Below, in pieces: positions 19,478-29,748 of a DNA stretch of 64,000 bases (position 1 is its first letter; every line of letters begins with the position of its first letter). The stretch is from a virus (Duplodnaviria; Heunggongvirae; Uroviricota; Caudoviricetes): the IMG/VR virus record IMGVR_UViG_3300028653_000011. One strand, 5' to 3'. Made by a program: the position numbers and the translations under genes. The notes under the pieces were generated by a model. It worked only from the letters and a program-made list of their open reading frames with translations, did not search any database and was not told the origin of the DNA.

Positions 19478-19675
19478 ATGTCAGCACAGACCGAACGCCT
19501 CATTGAGGACATCAAGGCCGTTGAACAGCAGCTCGCCAAACGTTTGGCCGAAGGCATCAAGGATGCTTCCGACACGACGATCGACGTGCTCAACAAGCGC
19601 CTGTTGGAGTTGCAACACCAATTGACCCACGCCAATCAGAACCTCCACGAAGGCCTGCGCATCCTCAAGAGTTGA
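19478..19675 (+). CDS. small coiled-coil protein
   Basis: GTATAC-18-TAGAAT promoter ends 6 nt before the ATG. Confidence 0.6.
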   Translation: MSAQTERLIEDIKAVEQQLAKRLAEGIKDASDTTIDVLNKRLLELQHQLTHANQNLHEGLRILKS

Positions 19676-19851
19676 GCGTGACGCTACCTGATCAATCGTG
19701 GGATGCCCAGTTCGCTGACTTTTTGTCGCGTGTTGTGGCCGCGCGTGTCGCCGGTACAGACATGGCAACGCTACGACTTGAATACGCACAGTTGTTGGCA
19801 ACGGCGCCTCCCGGCAAGAAACAAGCACTCAATCTCAAGGAGCTCACCTGA
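19672..19851 (+). CDS. 59-aa hypothetical protein missing from the ORF track (MSVTLPDQSWDAQFADFLSRVV...NLKELT)
   Basis: TTGA overlap with the upstream stop and TGATG overlap with the downstream start; fills the gap exactly. Confidence 0.6.
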   Translation: MSVTLPDQSWDAQFADFLSRVVAARVAGTDMATLRLEYAQLLATAPPGKKQALNLKELT

Positions 19852-20087
19852 TGGCAACAACACCTAACGCACCCCAACGCATTGACCTCTACCAACCCAT
19901 CATGGCGACGAGATCAGGCCCTCAACCGCTAGCACTCCGCGTCGGCGTTGCTAATACCACGTCGATCAGCGAGGGGGTGCCTTCGGGTCCCATCCGCGTT
20001 GAGACCTACGTGCTGTTGAGCGCGCTGCCTGAGGATCTCCGCCGCCGCGTTGAGCTGGCCGTCCAAGTGCTGTTGGCCGGGCGCTGA
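19851..20087 (+). CDS. hypothetical protein
   Basis: AAGGAG RBS, TGATG coupling. Confidence 0.65.
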   Translation: MATTPNAPQRIDLYQPIMATRSGPQPLALRVGVANTTSISEGVPSGPIRVETYVLLSALPEDLRRRVELAVQVLLAGR

Positions 20088-20123
20088 TCGATCACCACGC
20101 ACCACGCGTGGTAAGATCGAAGG

Positions 20124-20732
20124 ATGAGCGCACACGGCTACATCCCGCTGGTCAAGCAGTACATCCATCAACGTCTTCCCAAGGAACACGTCCCTGCCTT
20201 ACTTGAGGTCGGTGTCGATCGCGGGGTGATGTGGTTGACGTTGCTGACCTTCTTGGCCCGCACTCGCCAACAGTTCATCGCTGTCGGTGTCGACGTGTTG
20301 GTGCAAGAGCAGGTGCAGCTGATGCTGGCCCACCTCGACCGCGCCGAGCAACAGCAGGCCTACCTCATCGAGGGCAACAGTCTCGAAGTGCTGCCCAAGA
20401 TGGTCGAACAAGGCATGAAGTTCGACGTGTTGTTGCTCGACGGCGACCACAACTATCACACGGTGTCGCAGGAGCTAACACACCTTGAAGCGCTGACGCA
20501 CCCGCATGCGATCGTGATAGTTGATGACGTATTCGGCCGCTGGAGTGAGAGGGACCTTTTTTACGCTGAACGAGAAGGGTATGAGAACATCAAGACTGCT
20601 ACTCAACGCGTTGACACTGAGAAACATGGCGTGAAAGTAGCAGTTGATGAATGGATCGAGATGAATCCTAATTGGCAACTATCACAGCCCATTGCGGGTG
20701 AAGCGGTATTGTTGATGAGAAAGCATGCGTGA
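20124..20732 (+). CDS. class I SAM-dependent methyltransferase (Methyltransf_24-like)
   Basis: LLEVGVDRG motif I, FDVLLLDGDHNY, IVIVDD. Confidence 0.85.
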   Translation: MSAHGYIPLVKQYIHQRLPKEHVPALLEVGVDRGVMWLTLLTFLARTRQQFIAVGVDVLVQEQVQLMLAHLDRAEQQQAYLIEGNSLEVLPKMVEQGMKFDVLLLDGDHNYHTVSQELTHLEALTHPHAIVIVDDVFGRWSERDLFYAEREGYENIKTATQRVDTEKHGVKVAVDEWIEMNPNWQLSQPIAGEAVLLMRKHA

Positions 20733-21745
20733 CAGGTCATCACGTCACTGCTGAAGATTTGCAACGTCGTGTTCAAGACGTACACGGTGGCATTGTTTTG
20801 CTCATCGAAAACACTTACGTTAACATGGGTACCAAGGCGGAATTCATTGACGTTGATCATGGGTCATGGTGGACTAAACCTGGGAATGTCATTCACAGGC
20901 GTAGCAGACATCCTGCTCGATCAGGTAATATTGAACGGTGCAGAGCTAACTCGTTGGTACTAGCTAGTCGACCCGCTGAAGAACGCAGACACACTGACGT
21001 TGATGAAGTCAAGGAACGTCTCGTATCAACGCATGGAGGTTCATTGCGCCTAGATGATACCTACGTGAACATGGGTACTAAAGCCAGATTCATTGATAGC
21101 GAATTCGGTGAATGTTGGCTTGATCCACACTCCGTCTTGACAAAGAACAAGCAACATCCTGACCGCGCAAAACGTGACAAGCGCATCAAACTCACAACAC
21201 CGATCACTACAATTGAGGCGCGTGTATATGAGAAGCATGGTGATGTTGTTGTGCTTGATAGTTCAACGTACGCCGGTGTCAATAGCAATGCTAGGTTCAT
21301 TGATGTGGAGCATGGTGAATGGTGGGCAATTCCATCGAATGTGATGCGCGGAACCAGTCATCCAAAGCGCGCAGCCAAGAAGATCATGGCGGCTAGCTTT
21401 GGTGCAGCGTCAATCTCACATTGGTTAACTGGTGAGCTATGTGTTGCTCGTGGTAGCTATGAACGGGCGACACTTGCGTGGTTGAACACTAATCAGTATG
21501 ATTATGACTGGCAGATCCCAATTACAACGCCCATCTTGACGCCCAAGGGAAAGCAATCGATCTACTACGTTGACTTGCTTATCAAAAGCGGTCAGTTTGC
21601 TAACACGTACGTTGAGATCAAAGGCACGTGGAACAGAAAGAATGGCCACATTGGCAAGGCGAAGTGGGAGTGGTTTCACGACGCCCATCCGAATTCGCAG
21701 TTATGGATGAAGGTTGAGTTGCTTGAAAGAGGCATTATCACGTGA
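20729..21745 (+). CDS. free-standing homing-type endonuclease: three internal repeats plus C-terminal PD-(D/E)XK domain
   Basis: Three repeats of HG...Y.....A.FID...G..W...HP, then YYVDLL...YVEIKG. Low GC relative to neighbours. Confidence 0.7.
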   Translation: MTGHHVTAEDLQRRVQDVHGGIVLLIENTYVNMGTKAEFIDVDHGSWWTKPGNVIHRRSRHPARSGNIERCRANSLVLASRPAEERRHTDVDEVKERLVSTHGGSLRLDDTYVNMGTKARFIDSEFGECWLDPHSVLTKNKQHPDRAKRDKRIKLTTPITTIEARVYEKHGDVVVLDSSTYAGVNSNARFIDVEHGEWWAIPSNVMRGTSHPKRAAKKIMAASFGAASISHWLTGELCVARGSYERATLAWLNTNQYDYDWQIPITTPILTPKGKQSIYYVDLLIKSGQFANTYVEIKGTWNRKNGHIGKAKWEWFHDAHPNSQLWMKVELLERGIIT

Positions 21746-21816
21746 AGCGGTGATGCTGTTGAAGAAGCACGTCTGACCGCCTGACCGCCGCCTACTTATG
21801 GTAGGAGAGGCGCTCA

Positions 21817-22083
21817 ATGACACACAGACAAACCCGTGGGCGGGTGCTTGAAGACGCCTTTGGTGCTCCTCCACAATCACGTGGCAGCATGATGAACGTC
21901 GCCGGCAAGACCGACGATGAGCTCGAGCCCGGTGAGGAGTTGTTGACCGACGAGGGCGATGACTGCCCAGAACTCGCGGGTGACGGCATGGCGACGATGC
22001 GCGGACCTGTCTACCCGGAGGGCGTGGCGAGGATCAGCATGGGCCAGCTACGTTCTTTCGTACGCCGTGCGCTGGTTGGTTAG
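21817..22083 (+). CDS. small acidic protein with C-terminal RISMGQLRSFVRR helix
   Basis: TACTTA at 21793-21798 and AGGAGAGG RBS. Confidence 0.6.
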   Translation: MTHRQTRGRVLEDAFGAPPQSRGSMMNVAGKTDDELEPGEELLTDEGDDCPELAGDGMATMRGPVYPEGVARISMGQLRSFVRRALVG

Positions 22084-22206
22084 TTCCTCACCGATGCTGT
22101 TCGGCGTAGAGGTTAGGATCAGTTCAATAGCGAGCCTATTTATCGTGTTCCCGACAGGTCTTGCCGGGCGCTGCGTGCCTAGTTACTCTGCAGAGGTTTG
22201 ACCTAA

Positions 22207-25200
22207 GTGACTGCGAACGTCGTCGTTGACACAGTGAGCATCAACTACCCGATCATGTCGGGTGCAGTGCAGATCACGGGTTCCGTCTCTCTCAATCCCG
22301 CACCCATCATCACTGCGAATACGGCGACGACGGGCACCTTGGGCCTTGCCGTCGGCAACGCGCCCTACGCACCGCTCTTCGTCACGGGTTCTGTTTCCCT
22401 AAATCCAGCGCCAGTCATCACTGCGAATACGGCGACGACGGGCACGGCCGGCCTGGCGGTGGGCAATGCACCCTATCAACCCATCTACGTCAGCGTCACC
22501 AGTTCGCTGCCTGTCACCGGGTCAGTCTTTGTCATCAATCCCACGACTGTCACGGTGCCGCAACCCCTGCAAGTCTGGAGTGAGGGAGCGGTAGGCATCA
22601 GCGGTTCGGTGTCAATTCTCGGTCAGGTCGGCGTCGACAACTTCCCAGCGACGCAGAACGTCAGTGGCTCGGTCACCGTGGGTGGCTATGCAGTCGGGGT
22701 GACCGGGTCGACCTACATCACCACGACGGGCTCTCTTCCTGTCGCTGTCGTCGGTACAGTCCCTGTCTCCGTCGCTGGTACCATCAACGTTGCCCAACAA
22801 GGGCAGATCGGCGTTGACAATTTCCCGGCGGTGCAAGCCGTCAGTGGTTCCGTCGCCCTGACCAATTGGCCGGTGACGATCGGTATTTCCGGCTCTGCAC
22901 CCCTCCAAGTGTGGTCAGAGGGCAACTTGGGGGTCTCGGGCTCCGTCTCAGTGTTGGGCCAGGTCGGCGTCTACAACTTCCCGGCCACGCAGAACGTCTC
23001 GGGTACCGTCACTGTCGGGGGTTATGCCACCGGCGTTACCGGGTCGACCTACATCACCACGACGGGCTCTCTTCCCGTCGCCGTGGTGGGCACTGTTCCT
23101 GTTTCTGTCGCCGGCACCGTCAATGTCTCTCAACAAGGTCAGATCGGTGTTGACAACTTCCCGGCCACCCAGAATGTGTCGGGGACGGTGCAGGTTTGGT
23201 CTGCAGGCAACATCGGGGTATCAGGTTCTGTTTCAATCCTCGGTCAGGTCGGCGTCTACAACTTCCCAGCCACCCAGAACGTCAGCGGCACTGTCACTGT
23301 GGGTGGTTACTCTGTCGGCGTAACGGGGTCGACATACATCACCACGACTGGCTCTCTCCCCGTTACTGTCGTTGGGACAGTGCCGGTCAGCCTTACTTCA
23401 CAGGTCCAAGTCAGCAACTTCCCGGCGACACAGGCAGTGTCGGGTGCGGTGGCACTGACGAATTGGCCATTGACGATCGCCGTCAGCGGTTCGCAGCTCA
23501 CGGGTTCAACTTTCGCGGGTTCTCCTGTCGTCGCCGGCGGCGTCTACTTTGGTTCTGGCAACATCGGTTCGCTGCCGACCTATGTCAAGGCACTGCAGAC
23601 CGACATCAGTGGCGCTCAATACATCACCACGACGGGTTCGTTGCCAGTCGCCGTGGTGGGCACTGTCCCGGTGTCACTGGCCTCTCAAGTCCAAGTCAGC
23701 AACTTCCCGGCGACCCAAAACGTCAGCGGGTCGATCACCGTCGGGGGCTACGGCGTCGGCGTCACCGGCTCTACCTATGTGACGACAACGGGCTCACTTG
23801 CGGTCGCGCCCGGCGACGGTGCTCAGTTCTCGGTCACGAACACTGCAGTTGCTCCTTTGTGGATCACTGGGTCGGTCAATATCTCGGGTGCGGCGTTCGT
23901 CCTCACCGCGTCAGTCTCTTCATCGATCAACATCGGGGCTGCGGTCGCGATCTCTAACTGGCCAGCCATTATTGGCGTCACTGCGTCGGCACCCATCCAA
24001 GTCTGGAGTGAGGGTAACGTCGGCGTGTCAGGATCGGTGTCGATCCTTGGGCAAGTGGGAGTTGACAACTTCCCAGCAACGCAGAATGTCTCGGGTTCGG
24101 TTGCACTGACCAACTGGCCCGCAACGATCGGAGTGTCGGGATCACAGCTCAGTGGCTCTACGTTCTCGGGCTTTCCTGTCGTCGCCGGCGGCGTCTACTT
24201 TGGCTCGGGCAACGTGGGCTCTCTACCAGTCTACGTCAAGGCGCTACAGACTGACATCTCGGGTGCCCAGTACATCACTACGACGGGTTCTCTGCCTGTC
24301 GCTGTCGTTGGTACCGTCCCGGTGTCGCTGGCATCTCAAGTCCAAGTCAGCAACTTCCCGGCCACACAGAACGTCTCAGGCACCGTCACCGTCACCACAT
24401 CGGGTCCGCTTCAGATCTGGAGCGAAGGTGCAGTCGGCGTCACGGGGTCAGTGGCCCTCAGTAACTGGCCGGCGACGATCGGTATCTCAGGTTCTGCGCC
24501 AATTCAAGTGTGGTCGGAGGGCAACGTCGGGATCTCTGGCTCCGTCTCAGTATTGGGTCAGGTCGGCGTCTATAACTTCCCAGCGACTCAAGCGGTCTCT
24601 GGCACTGTCACTGTGGGTGGCTATTCTGTCGGGGTGACGGGTTCCACCTACATCACGACGACGGGTTCTCTCCCTGTCGCCGTGGTGGGTACGGTTCCAG
24701 TCTCCATTGCAGGTACCGTCAACACTTCGCAACAGGGTCAGATTCAGGTCAGTAACTTCCCAGCCACGCAAAACGTTAGCGGTACTGTCACTGTCACCAC
24801 ATCGGGCCCGCTGCAAGTCTGGAGCGAAGGGGCTACGGGGATCACCGGTTCCGTCGCTTTGACGAACTGGCCATTGACGATCGCCGTCAGCGGTTCACAG
24901 CTCACGGGCTCGACCTTTGCGGGGTCACCCCTCGTCGCCGGCGGCGTCTATTACGGCTCGGGCAACATCGGTTCACTACCGACCTACGTCAAAGCAATTC
25001 AGACCGACATCTCGGGTGCAGTCTACATCACTTCGACAGGATCTTTTCCCGTCGCTGTGGTGGGTACTGTCCCAGTTTCGTTGGCATCACAGGTCCAAGT
25101 CTCCAACTTCCCGGCGACGCAGAACGTGTCGGGAACTGTCACCGTCACCACTACTGGCCCAATCCAAGTCTGGAGTGAAGGGGCCACAGGCGTCACCGGT

Positions 25201-28200
25201 TCGGTTGCTTTGACCAACTGGCCAGCGACAATAGGAGTGTCAGGCTCCGTCTCTGTCCTCGGCCAGATCGGTGTCGACAACTTTCCAGCGACACAGAACG
25301 TTAGCGGCACAGTCACTGTCGGCGGTTACTCTGTTGGGGTCACCGGGTCTACATACATCACGACGACAGGTTCCCTTCCCGTCGCTGTCGTCGGCACCGT
25401 TCCTGTCTCGATCGCAGGCACTGTCAATACTTCGCAACAAGGGCAGATCCAGGTCAGCAATTTCCCGGCGACACAAGCCATCAGCGGTACCGTCGCTCTG
25501 TCGAACTGGCCGGCTGTCATCGGGGTGTCGGGTTCGCAGCTCACCGGCTCGACTTTTGCGGGTTCTCCTGTCGTCGCCGGCGGCGTTTACTTCGGTTCTG
25601 GCAACATTGGCTCTCTTCCGGTCTACGTCAAAGCGTTGCAGACTGACATCTCGGGTGCCCAGTACATTACCACGACGGGCTCTCTTCCAGTCGCCGTCGT
25701 CGGCACTGTCCCAGTTTCTCTGGCGTCGCAAGTCCAAGTCAGCAACTTCCCGGCGACACAGAACGTCAGCGGCACTGTCACTGTTACGACGACAGGCCCG
25801 CTACAGGTGTGGTCAGAGGGCAACGTCGGCGTCTCAGGCTCCGTCTCTGTCCTCGGCCAGATCGGCGTCTACAACTTCCCGGCAACGCAGAATGTCAGCG
25901 GTTCGATCACTGTCGGTGGCTATGGCGTCGGTGTCACAGGATCTACCTACATCACCACGACGGGCTCTCTCCCTGTTGCTGTCGTCGGTACAGTCCCAGT
26001 CTCCATTGCGGGAACCGTCAACACTTCGCAGCAAGGGCAGATCCAAGTCAGCAACTTCCCGGCAACTCAAAACGTGTCGGGGACTGTCACCGTCACCACG
26101 ACTGGCCCACTTCAAGTCTGGAGTGAGGGAGCGGTAGGCGTCACTGGCTCCGTCGCTCTAACGAATTGGCCTGCAACGCTCGGCATCTCAGCATCTGCAC
26201 CCATCCAAGTCTGGAGCGAGGGCAACGTCGGGGTCTCGGGCTCCGTCTCGGTGTTGGGTCAAGTCGGCGTCTACAACTTCCCTGCCACTCAGAACGTCTC
26301 AGGTTCAATCACGGTGGGTGGTTACGGTGTTGGGGTCACCGGTTCGACCTACATCACCACGACAGGTTCTTTGGCCGTCGCTCCCGGTGATGGTGCTACC
26401 TTCCCAGTGTCGATTGCATCGACTGTCAACGTTGCGCAACAAGGCCAGATTCAAGTCTCCAATTTCCCAGCGACGCAGAATGTCAGCGGTTCGATCACCG
26501 TCGGTGCGTGGGGTACCAACGTCACTGGCTCGATCACCGGCTCTGTCTTCGTCATCAATTCTCAACCAGTAACGTTCCCAGCCATCTTGCAGGTCTGGAG
26601 CGAAGGGGCTACGGGGGTCACGGGTTCGGTTGCTCTGACCAACTGGCCCGCAACGCTGGGTGTCTCGGGTTCGCAGCTAACTGGCTCGACTTTTGCGGGT
26701 TCTCCCGTCGTCGTGGGAGGTGCCTATTACGGCTCGGGCAACATCGGTTCGCTGCCGACCTACGTCAAGGCAATTCAGACTGACATCTCGGGTGCAGTCT
26801 ACGTCACTGCATCGGGTTCTCTGCCCGTCACTTTTGGAGCACTGCCTCAACTGCAGATCTCCAACTTCCCGGCGACACAGAACGTCAGCGGGACCGTGGC
26901 GATCACCACGACTGGCCCGATCCAAGTCTGGAGTGAGGGCGCGACGGGGGTGACGGGATCAGTTGCACTGACCAACTGGCCTGCAACTATCGGTGTGTCG
27001 GGTTCTGTGGCCATCACAAACCAGGTCGGCGTCTACAACTTCCCGGCGACACAGAACGTCTCGGGTACCGTCACTGTCGGCGGTTACTCTGTCGGTGTCA
27101 CCGGGTCGACCTACATTACTTCAACGGGTTCGCTCCCAGTTGCTGTTGTCGGCACTGTCCCAGTCTCGATTGCCGGCACTGTCAACACTTCGCAGCAAGG
27201 GCAGATCCAAGTCAGCAACTTCCCGGCAACTCAGGCAGTGTCGGGCACCGTCGCTCTATCAAATTGGCCCGCCGTCATCGGGGTGTCGGGTTCACAACTT
27301 ACAGGCTCAACCTTCGCGGGTTCTCCCGTCGTCGCTGGTGGTGTCTACTTCGGTTCTGGTAACATCGGCTCTCTTCCGGTTTACGTCAAGGCGATCGAAA
27401 CTGACATCTCAGGTGCTGTCTACATCACTTCGACAGGATCTCTCCCCGTCGCCGTGGTGGGTACTGTCCCAGTGTCGTTGGCCTCTCAAGTTCAAGTCTC
27501 CAATTTTCCAGCGACGCAGAACGTGTCGGGGACTGTCACCGTCACCACGACGGGTCCACTACAAGTTTGGAGCGAAGGTGCAGTCGGCGTAACGGGGTCA
27601 GTGGCCCTCTCAAATTGGCCGGCGACGATCGGTATTTCCGGCTCTGCTCCCCTTCAAGTGTGGTCGGAGGGCAACGTCGGGGTCTCGGGTTCCGTCTCGG
27701 TGCTGGGCCAGATCGGCGTCTACAACTTCCCGGCAACGCAGAACGTCAGCGGGTCGATCACCGTTGGTGGTTACGGCGTCGGCATCACGGGTTCGACTTA
27801 CATCACGTCGACCGGGTCACTGCCCGTAGCCGTCGTGGGCACTGTTCCCGTCAGCATTGCGGGTACCGTCAACACCTCACAACAGGGGCAGATCCAAGTC
27901 TCCAACTTCCCGGCAACCCAAAACGTGTCGGGGACTGTCACCGTCACCACGACGGGTCCTCTGCAAGTGTGGTCAGAAGGTGCAGTCGGTGTCACCGGTT
28001 CCGTCGCCCTGACGAACTGGCCCGCGACGGTGGGTGTCTCGGGCTCTGTCTCCGTCACTAACCAAGTCGGTGTCTACAACTTCCCGGCCACACAGAACGT
28101 GACGGGTTCGGTTGCGCTCAGCAATTGGCCAGCGACATTGGGCATCAGCGGCTCGCAGTTGACCGGGTCGACCTTCGCGGGCTCTCCCGTCGTTGCTGGT

Positions 28201-29745
28201 GGTGTTTACTTCGGCTCGGGCAACATTGGTTCGCTGCCCGTCTATGTCAAGGCACTGCAGACTGACATCTCAGGCGCGCAGTACATTACCACGACGGGCT
28301 CTCTCCCGGTCGCCGTGGTGGGCACCGTTCCTGTTTCTCTGGCATCTCAAGTCCAAGTCAGCAACTTTCCGGCGACCCAAAACGTCAGCGGTACTGTCAC
28401 TGTCACCACGACTGGTCCATTGCAGGTTTGGAGCGAAGGTGCAGTCGGCGTCACTGGCAGCGTTGCACTGACGAACTGGCCCGCAACAGTGGGCGTGTCG
28501 GGCTCCGTCTCGGTGCTGGGCCAGGTCGGCGTCTACAACTTCCCGGCCACGCAGAACGTCTCAGGCACTGTCACCGTGGGTGGCTACAGCGTTGGGGTGA
28601 CGGGTTCCACTTACATCACTTCAACGGGATCTCTACTTGTCGCCGTGGTGGGTACCGTCCCTGTCAGCATCGCTGGTACTGTCAACACTTCGCAACAAGG
28701 TCAAGTCGGCGTCTACAACTTCCCGGCGACACAGAACGTGTCGGGCTCCATCACGCTGGGCGCTTGGGCCGCCAACGTCACAGGCTCGACCACCGTCACC
28801 GTCAGCGGCTCCACGGGCCTGATGGTCGCCGCTCCACAGAACGCTCCCGTGTGGATGACGGGTTCCGTCGCCCTCAACCCAGTGCCGACGATCAATGCCT
28901 CGACGTCAACGACGGGCACCTTAGGTTTGGCGGTTGGCAATGCACCCTACGCGCCCCTGTATGTCACTGCGTCGGTGGGTTCACCGTTCTGGGTGACGGG
29001 TACCATCACCGTCAATAACCCGAGTGGTGGAGGCGCCGGGGGCGCCGTCACTCAAGGCACTACGCCGTGGCTAGTGGCGCAGGAGGGTATGGTCGGCGTT
29101 TCAGGCTCCGTCGCCCTGACCAACTGGCCACTGACGATCAACGTGTCGTCATCGGCGGGTTTGACGGGTAGCTTTGGCATCAATCAGTACTACGGCGTAC
29201 CACCCCTGACGACCCCCGTTGCACAGTCGATCCCATCCAACCAGCTCAACGTCACTCCATGGACGCTGTCGCTCACGGGCTCGCTCAGCGCGTCGAACGG
29301 CCAAGCGTTGCCCCTGAAGAGCGACTACCAGGGTAACCTCGCTAGCCGTGAGCAGTATGCACCCGTTGCCGAGGACAACTTCAATGGTGTCATTGCGACG
29401 GCACCCCTGCCACTCGCCGTCAGCTACTACAGCCCGACGTTCACGGGTTCGGTGGGATCGTTGCCCGGCCAGATCAAGACGGCGCCGGGTACCTTGTACC
29501 GTGTCTTTGCGACCAACCGCAATGGCCAAGTGCGATACCTGACGCTGCACAACACTAGCTCGGGCGGCCCGTCTGGCGTGCCCATTGCCGCTTACCCAAT
29601 CCCGTCCTTGGGTACCTACGTCCTCGACTATGCTCCCTGGGGTAACTTCTTCAGCGTCGGTGTCATCGTCGGCATCTCGACCAGCAACACCACCTACACC
29701 GCAGCAACTCCTGCAGATCACGACTTCAGTGTGTTGTACAGATAA
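22207..29745 (+). CDS. giant (2512 aa) modular repeat protein, putative head or tail fibre
   Basis: V/T/S/G-rich, built from a small set of peptide blocks (e.g. QVSNFPATQNVSG, VALTNWPATIGVSGS, QVWSEG, YITTTGSLPVAVVGTVPVS) with a unique C-terminal beta domain. Two TANTTA motifs upstream. Confidence 0.8.
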   Translation: MTANVVVDTVSINYPIMSGAVQITGSVSLNPAPIITANTATTGTLGLAVGNAPYAPLFVTGSVSLNPAPVITANTATTGTAGLAVGNAPYQPIYVSVTSSLPVTGSVFVINPTTVTVPQPLQVWSEGAVGISGSVSILGQVGVDNFPATQNVSGSVTVGGYAVGVTGSTYITTTGSLPVAVVGTVPVSVAGTINVAQQGQIGVDNFPAVQAVSGSVALTNWPVTIGISGSAPLQVWSEGNLGVSGSVSVLGQVGVYNFPATQNVSGTVTVGGYATGVTGSTYITTTGSLPVAVVGTVPVSVAGTVNVSQQGQIGVDNFPATQNVSGTVQVWSAGNIGVSGSVSILGQVGVYNFPATQNVSGTVTVGGYSVGVTGSTYITTTGSLPVTVVGTVPVSLTSQVQVSNFPATQAVSGAVALTNWPLTIAVSGSQLTGSTFAGSPVVAGGVYFGSGNIGSLPTYVKALQTDISGAQYITTTGSLPVAVVGTVPVSLASQVQVSNFPATQNVSGSITVGGYGVGVTGSTYVTTTGSLAVAPGDGAQFSVTNTAVAPLWITGSVNISGAAFVLTASVSSSINIGAAVAISNWPAIIGVTASAPIQVWSEGNVGVSGSVSILGQVGVDNFPATQNVSGSVALTNWPATIGVSGSQLSGSTFSGFPVVAGGVYFGSGNVGSLPVYVKALQTDISGAQYITTTGSLPVAVVGTVPVSLASQVQVSNFPATQNVSGTVTVTTSGPLQIWSEGAVGVTGSVALSNWPATIGISGSAPIQVWSEGNVGISGSVSVLGQVGVYNFPATQAVSGTVTVGGYSVGVTGSTYITTTGSLPVAVVGTVPVSIAGTVNTSQQGQIQVSNFPATQNVSGTVTVTTSGPLQVWSEGATGITGSVALTNWPLTIAVSGSQLTGSTFAGSPLVAGGVYYGSGNIGSLPTYVKAIQTDISGAVYITSTGSFPVAVVGTVPVSLASQVQVSNFPATQNVSGTVTVTTTGPIQVWSEGATGVTGSVALTNWPATIGVSGSVSVLGQIGVDNFPATQNVSGTVTVGGYSVGVTGSTYITTTGSLPVAVVGTVPVSIAGTVNTSQQGQIQVSNFPATQAISGTVALSNWPAVIGVSGSQLTGSTFAGSPVVAGGVYFGSGNIGSLPVYVKALQTDISGAQYITTTGSLPVAVVGTVPVSLASQVQVSNFPATQNVSGTVTVTTTGPLQVWSEGNVGVSGSVSVLGQIGVYNFPATQNVSGSITVGGYGVGVTGSTYITTTGSLPVAVVGTVPVSIAGTVNTSQQGQIQVSNFPATQNVSGTVTVTTTGPLQVWSEGAVGVTGSVALTNWPATLGISASAPIQVWSEGNVGVSGSVSVLGQVGVYNFPATQNVSGSITVGGYGVGVTGSTYITTTGSLAVAPGDGATFPVSIASTVNVAQQGQIQVSNFPATQNVSGSITVGAWGTNVTGSITGSVFVINSQPVTFPAILQVWSEGATGVTGSVALTNWPATLGVSGSQLTGSTFAGSPVVVGGAYYGSGNIGSLPTYVKAIQTDISGAVYVTASGSLPVTFGALPQLQISNFPATQNVSGTVAITTTGPIQVWSEGATGVTGSVALTNWPATIGVSGSVAITNQVGVYNFPATQNVSGTVTVGGYSVGVTGSTYITSTGSLPVAVVGTVPVSIAGTVNTSQQGQIQVSNFPATQAVSGTVALSNWPAVIGVSGSQLTGSTFAGSPVVAGGVYFGSGNIGSLPVYVKAIETDISGAVYITSTGSLPVAVVGTVPVSLASQVQVSNFPATQNVSGTVTVTTTGPLQVWSEGAVGVTGSVALSNWPATIGISGSAPLQVWSEGNVGVSGSVSVLGQIGVYNFPATQNVSGSITVGGYGVGITGSTYITSTGSLPVAVVGTVPVSIAGTVNTSQQGQIQVSNFPATQNVSGTVTVTTTGPLQVWSEGAVGVTGSVALTNWPATVGVSGSVSVTNQVGVYNFPATQNVTGSVALSNWPATLGISGSQLTGSTFAGSPVVAGGVYFGSGNIGSLPVYVKALQTDISGAQYITTTGSLPVAVVGTVPVSLASQVQVSNFPATQNVSGTVTVTTTGPLQVWSEGAVGVTGSVALTNWPATVGVSGSVSVLGQVGVYNFPATQNVSGTVTVGGYSVGVTGSTYITSTGSLLVAVVGTVPVSIAGTVNTSQQGQVGVYNFPATQNVSGSITLGAWAANVTGSTTVTVSGSTGLMVAAPQNAPVWMTGSVALNPVPTINASTSTTGTLGLAVGNAPYAPLYVTASVGSPFWVTGTITVNNPSGGGAGGAVTQGTTPWLVAQEGMVGVSGSVALTNWPLTINVSSSAGLTGSFGINQYYGVPPLTTPVAQSIPSNQLNVTPWTLSLTGSLSASNGQALPLKSDYQGNLASREQYAPVAEDNFNGVIATAPLPLAVSYYSPTFTGSVGSLPGQIKTAPGTLYRVFATNRNGQVRYLTLHNTSSGGPSGVPIAAYPIPSLGTYVLDYAPWGNFFSVGVIVGISTSNTTYTAATPADHDFSVLYR

Positions 29746-29748
29746 CAG

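Noticed and set aside
22500-29150. Possible CRISPR array or DNA-level repeat element
   Set aside because: Repeats are in frame, vary at synonymous positions and have no unique spacers; they are protein-coding repeats.
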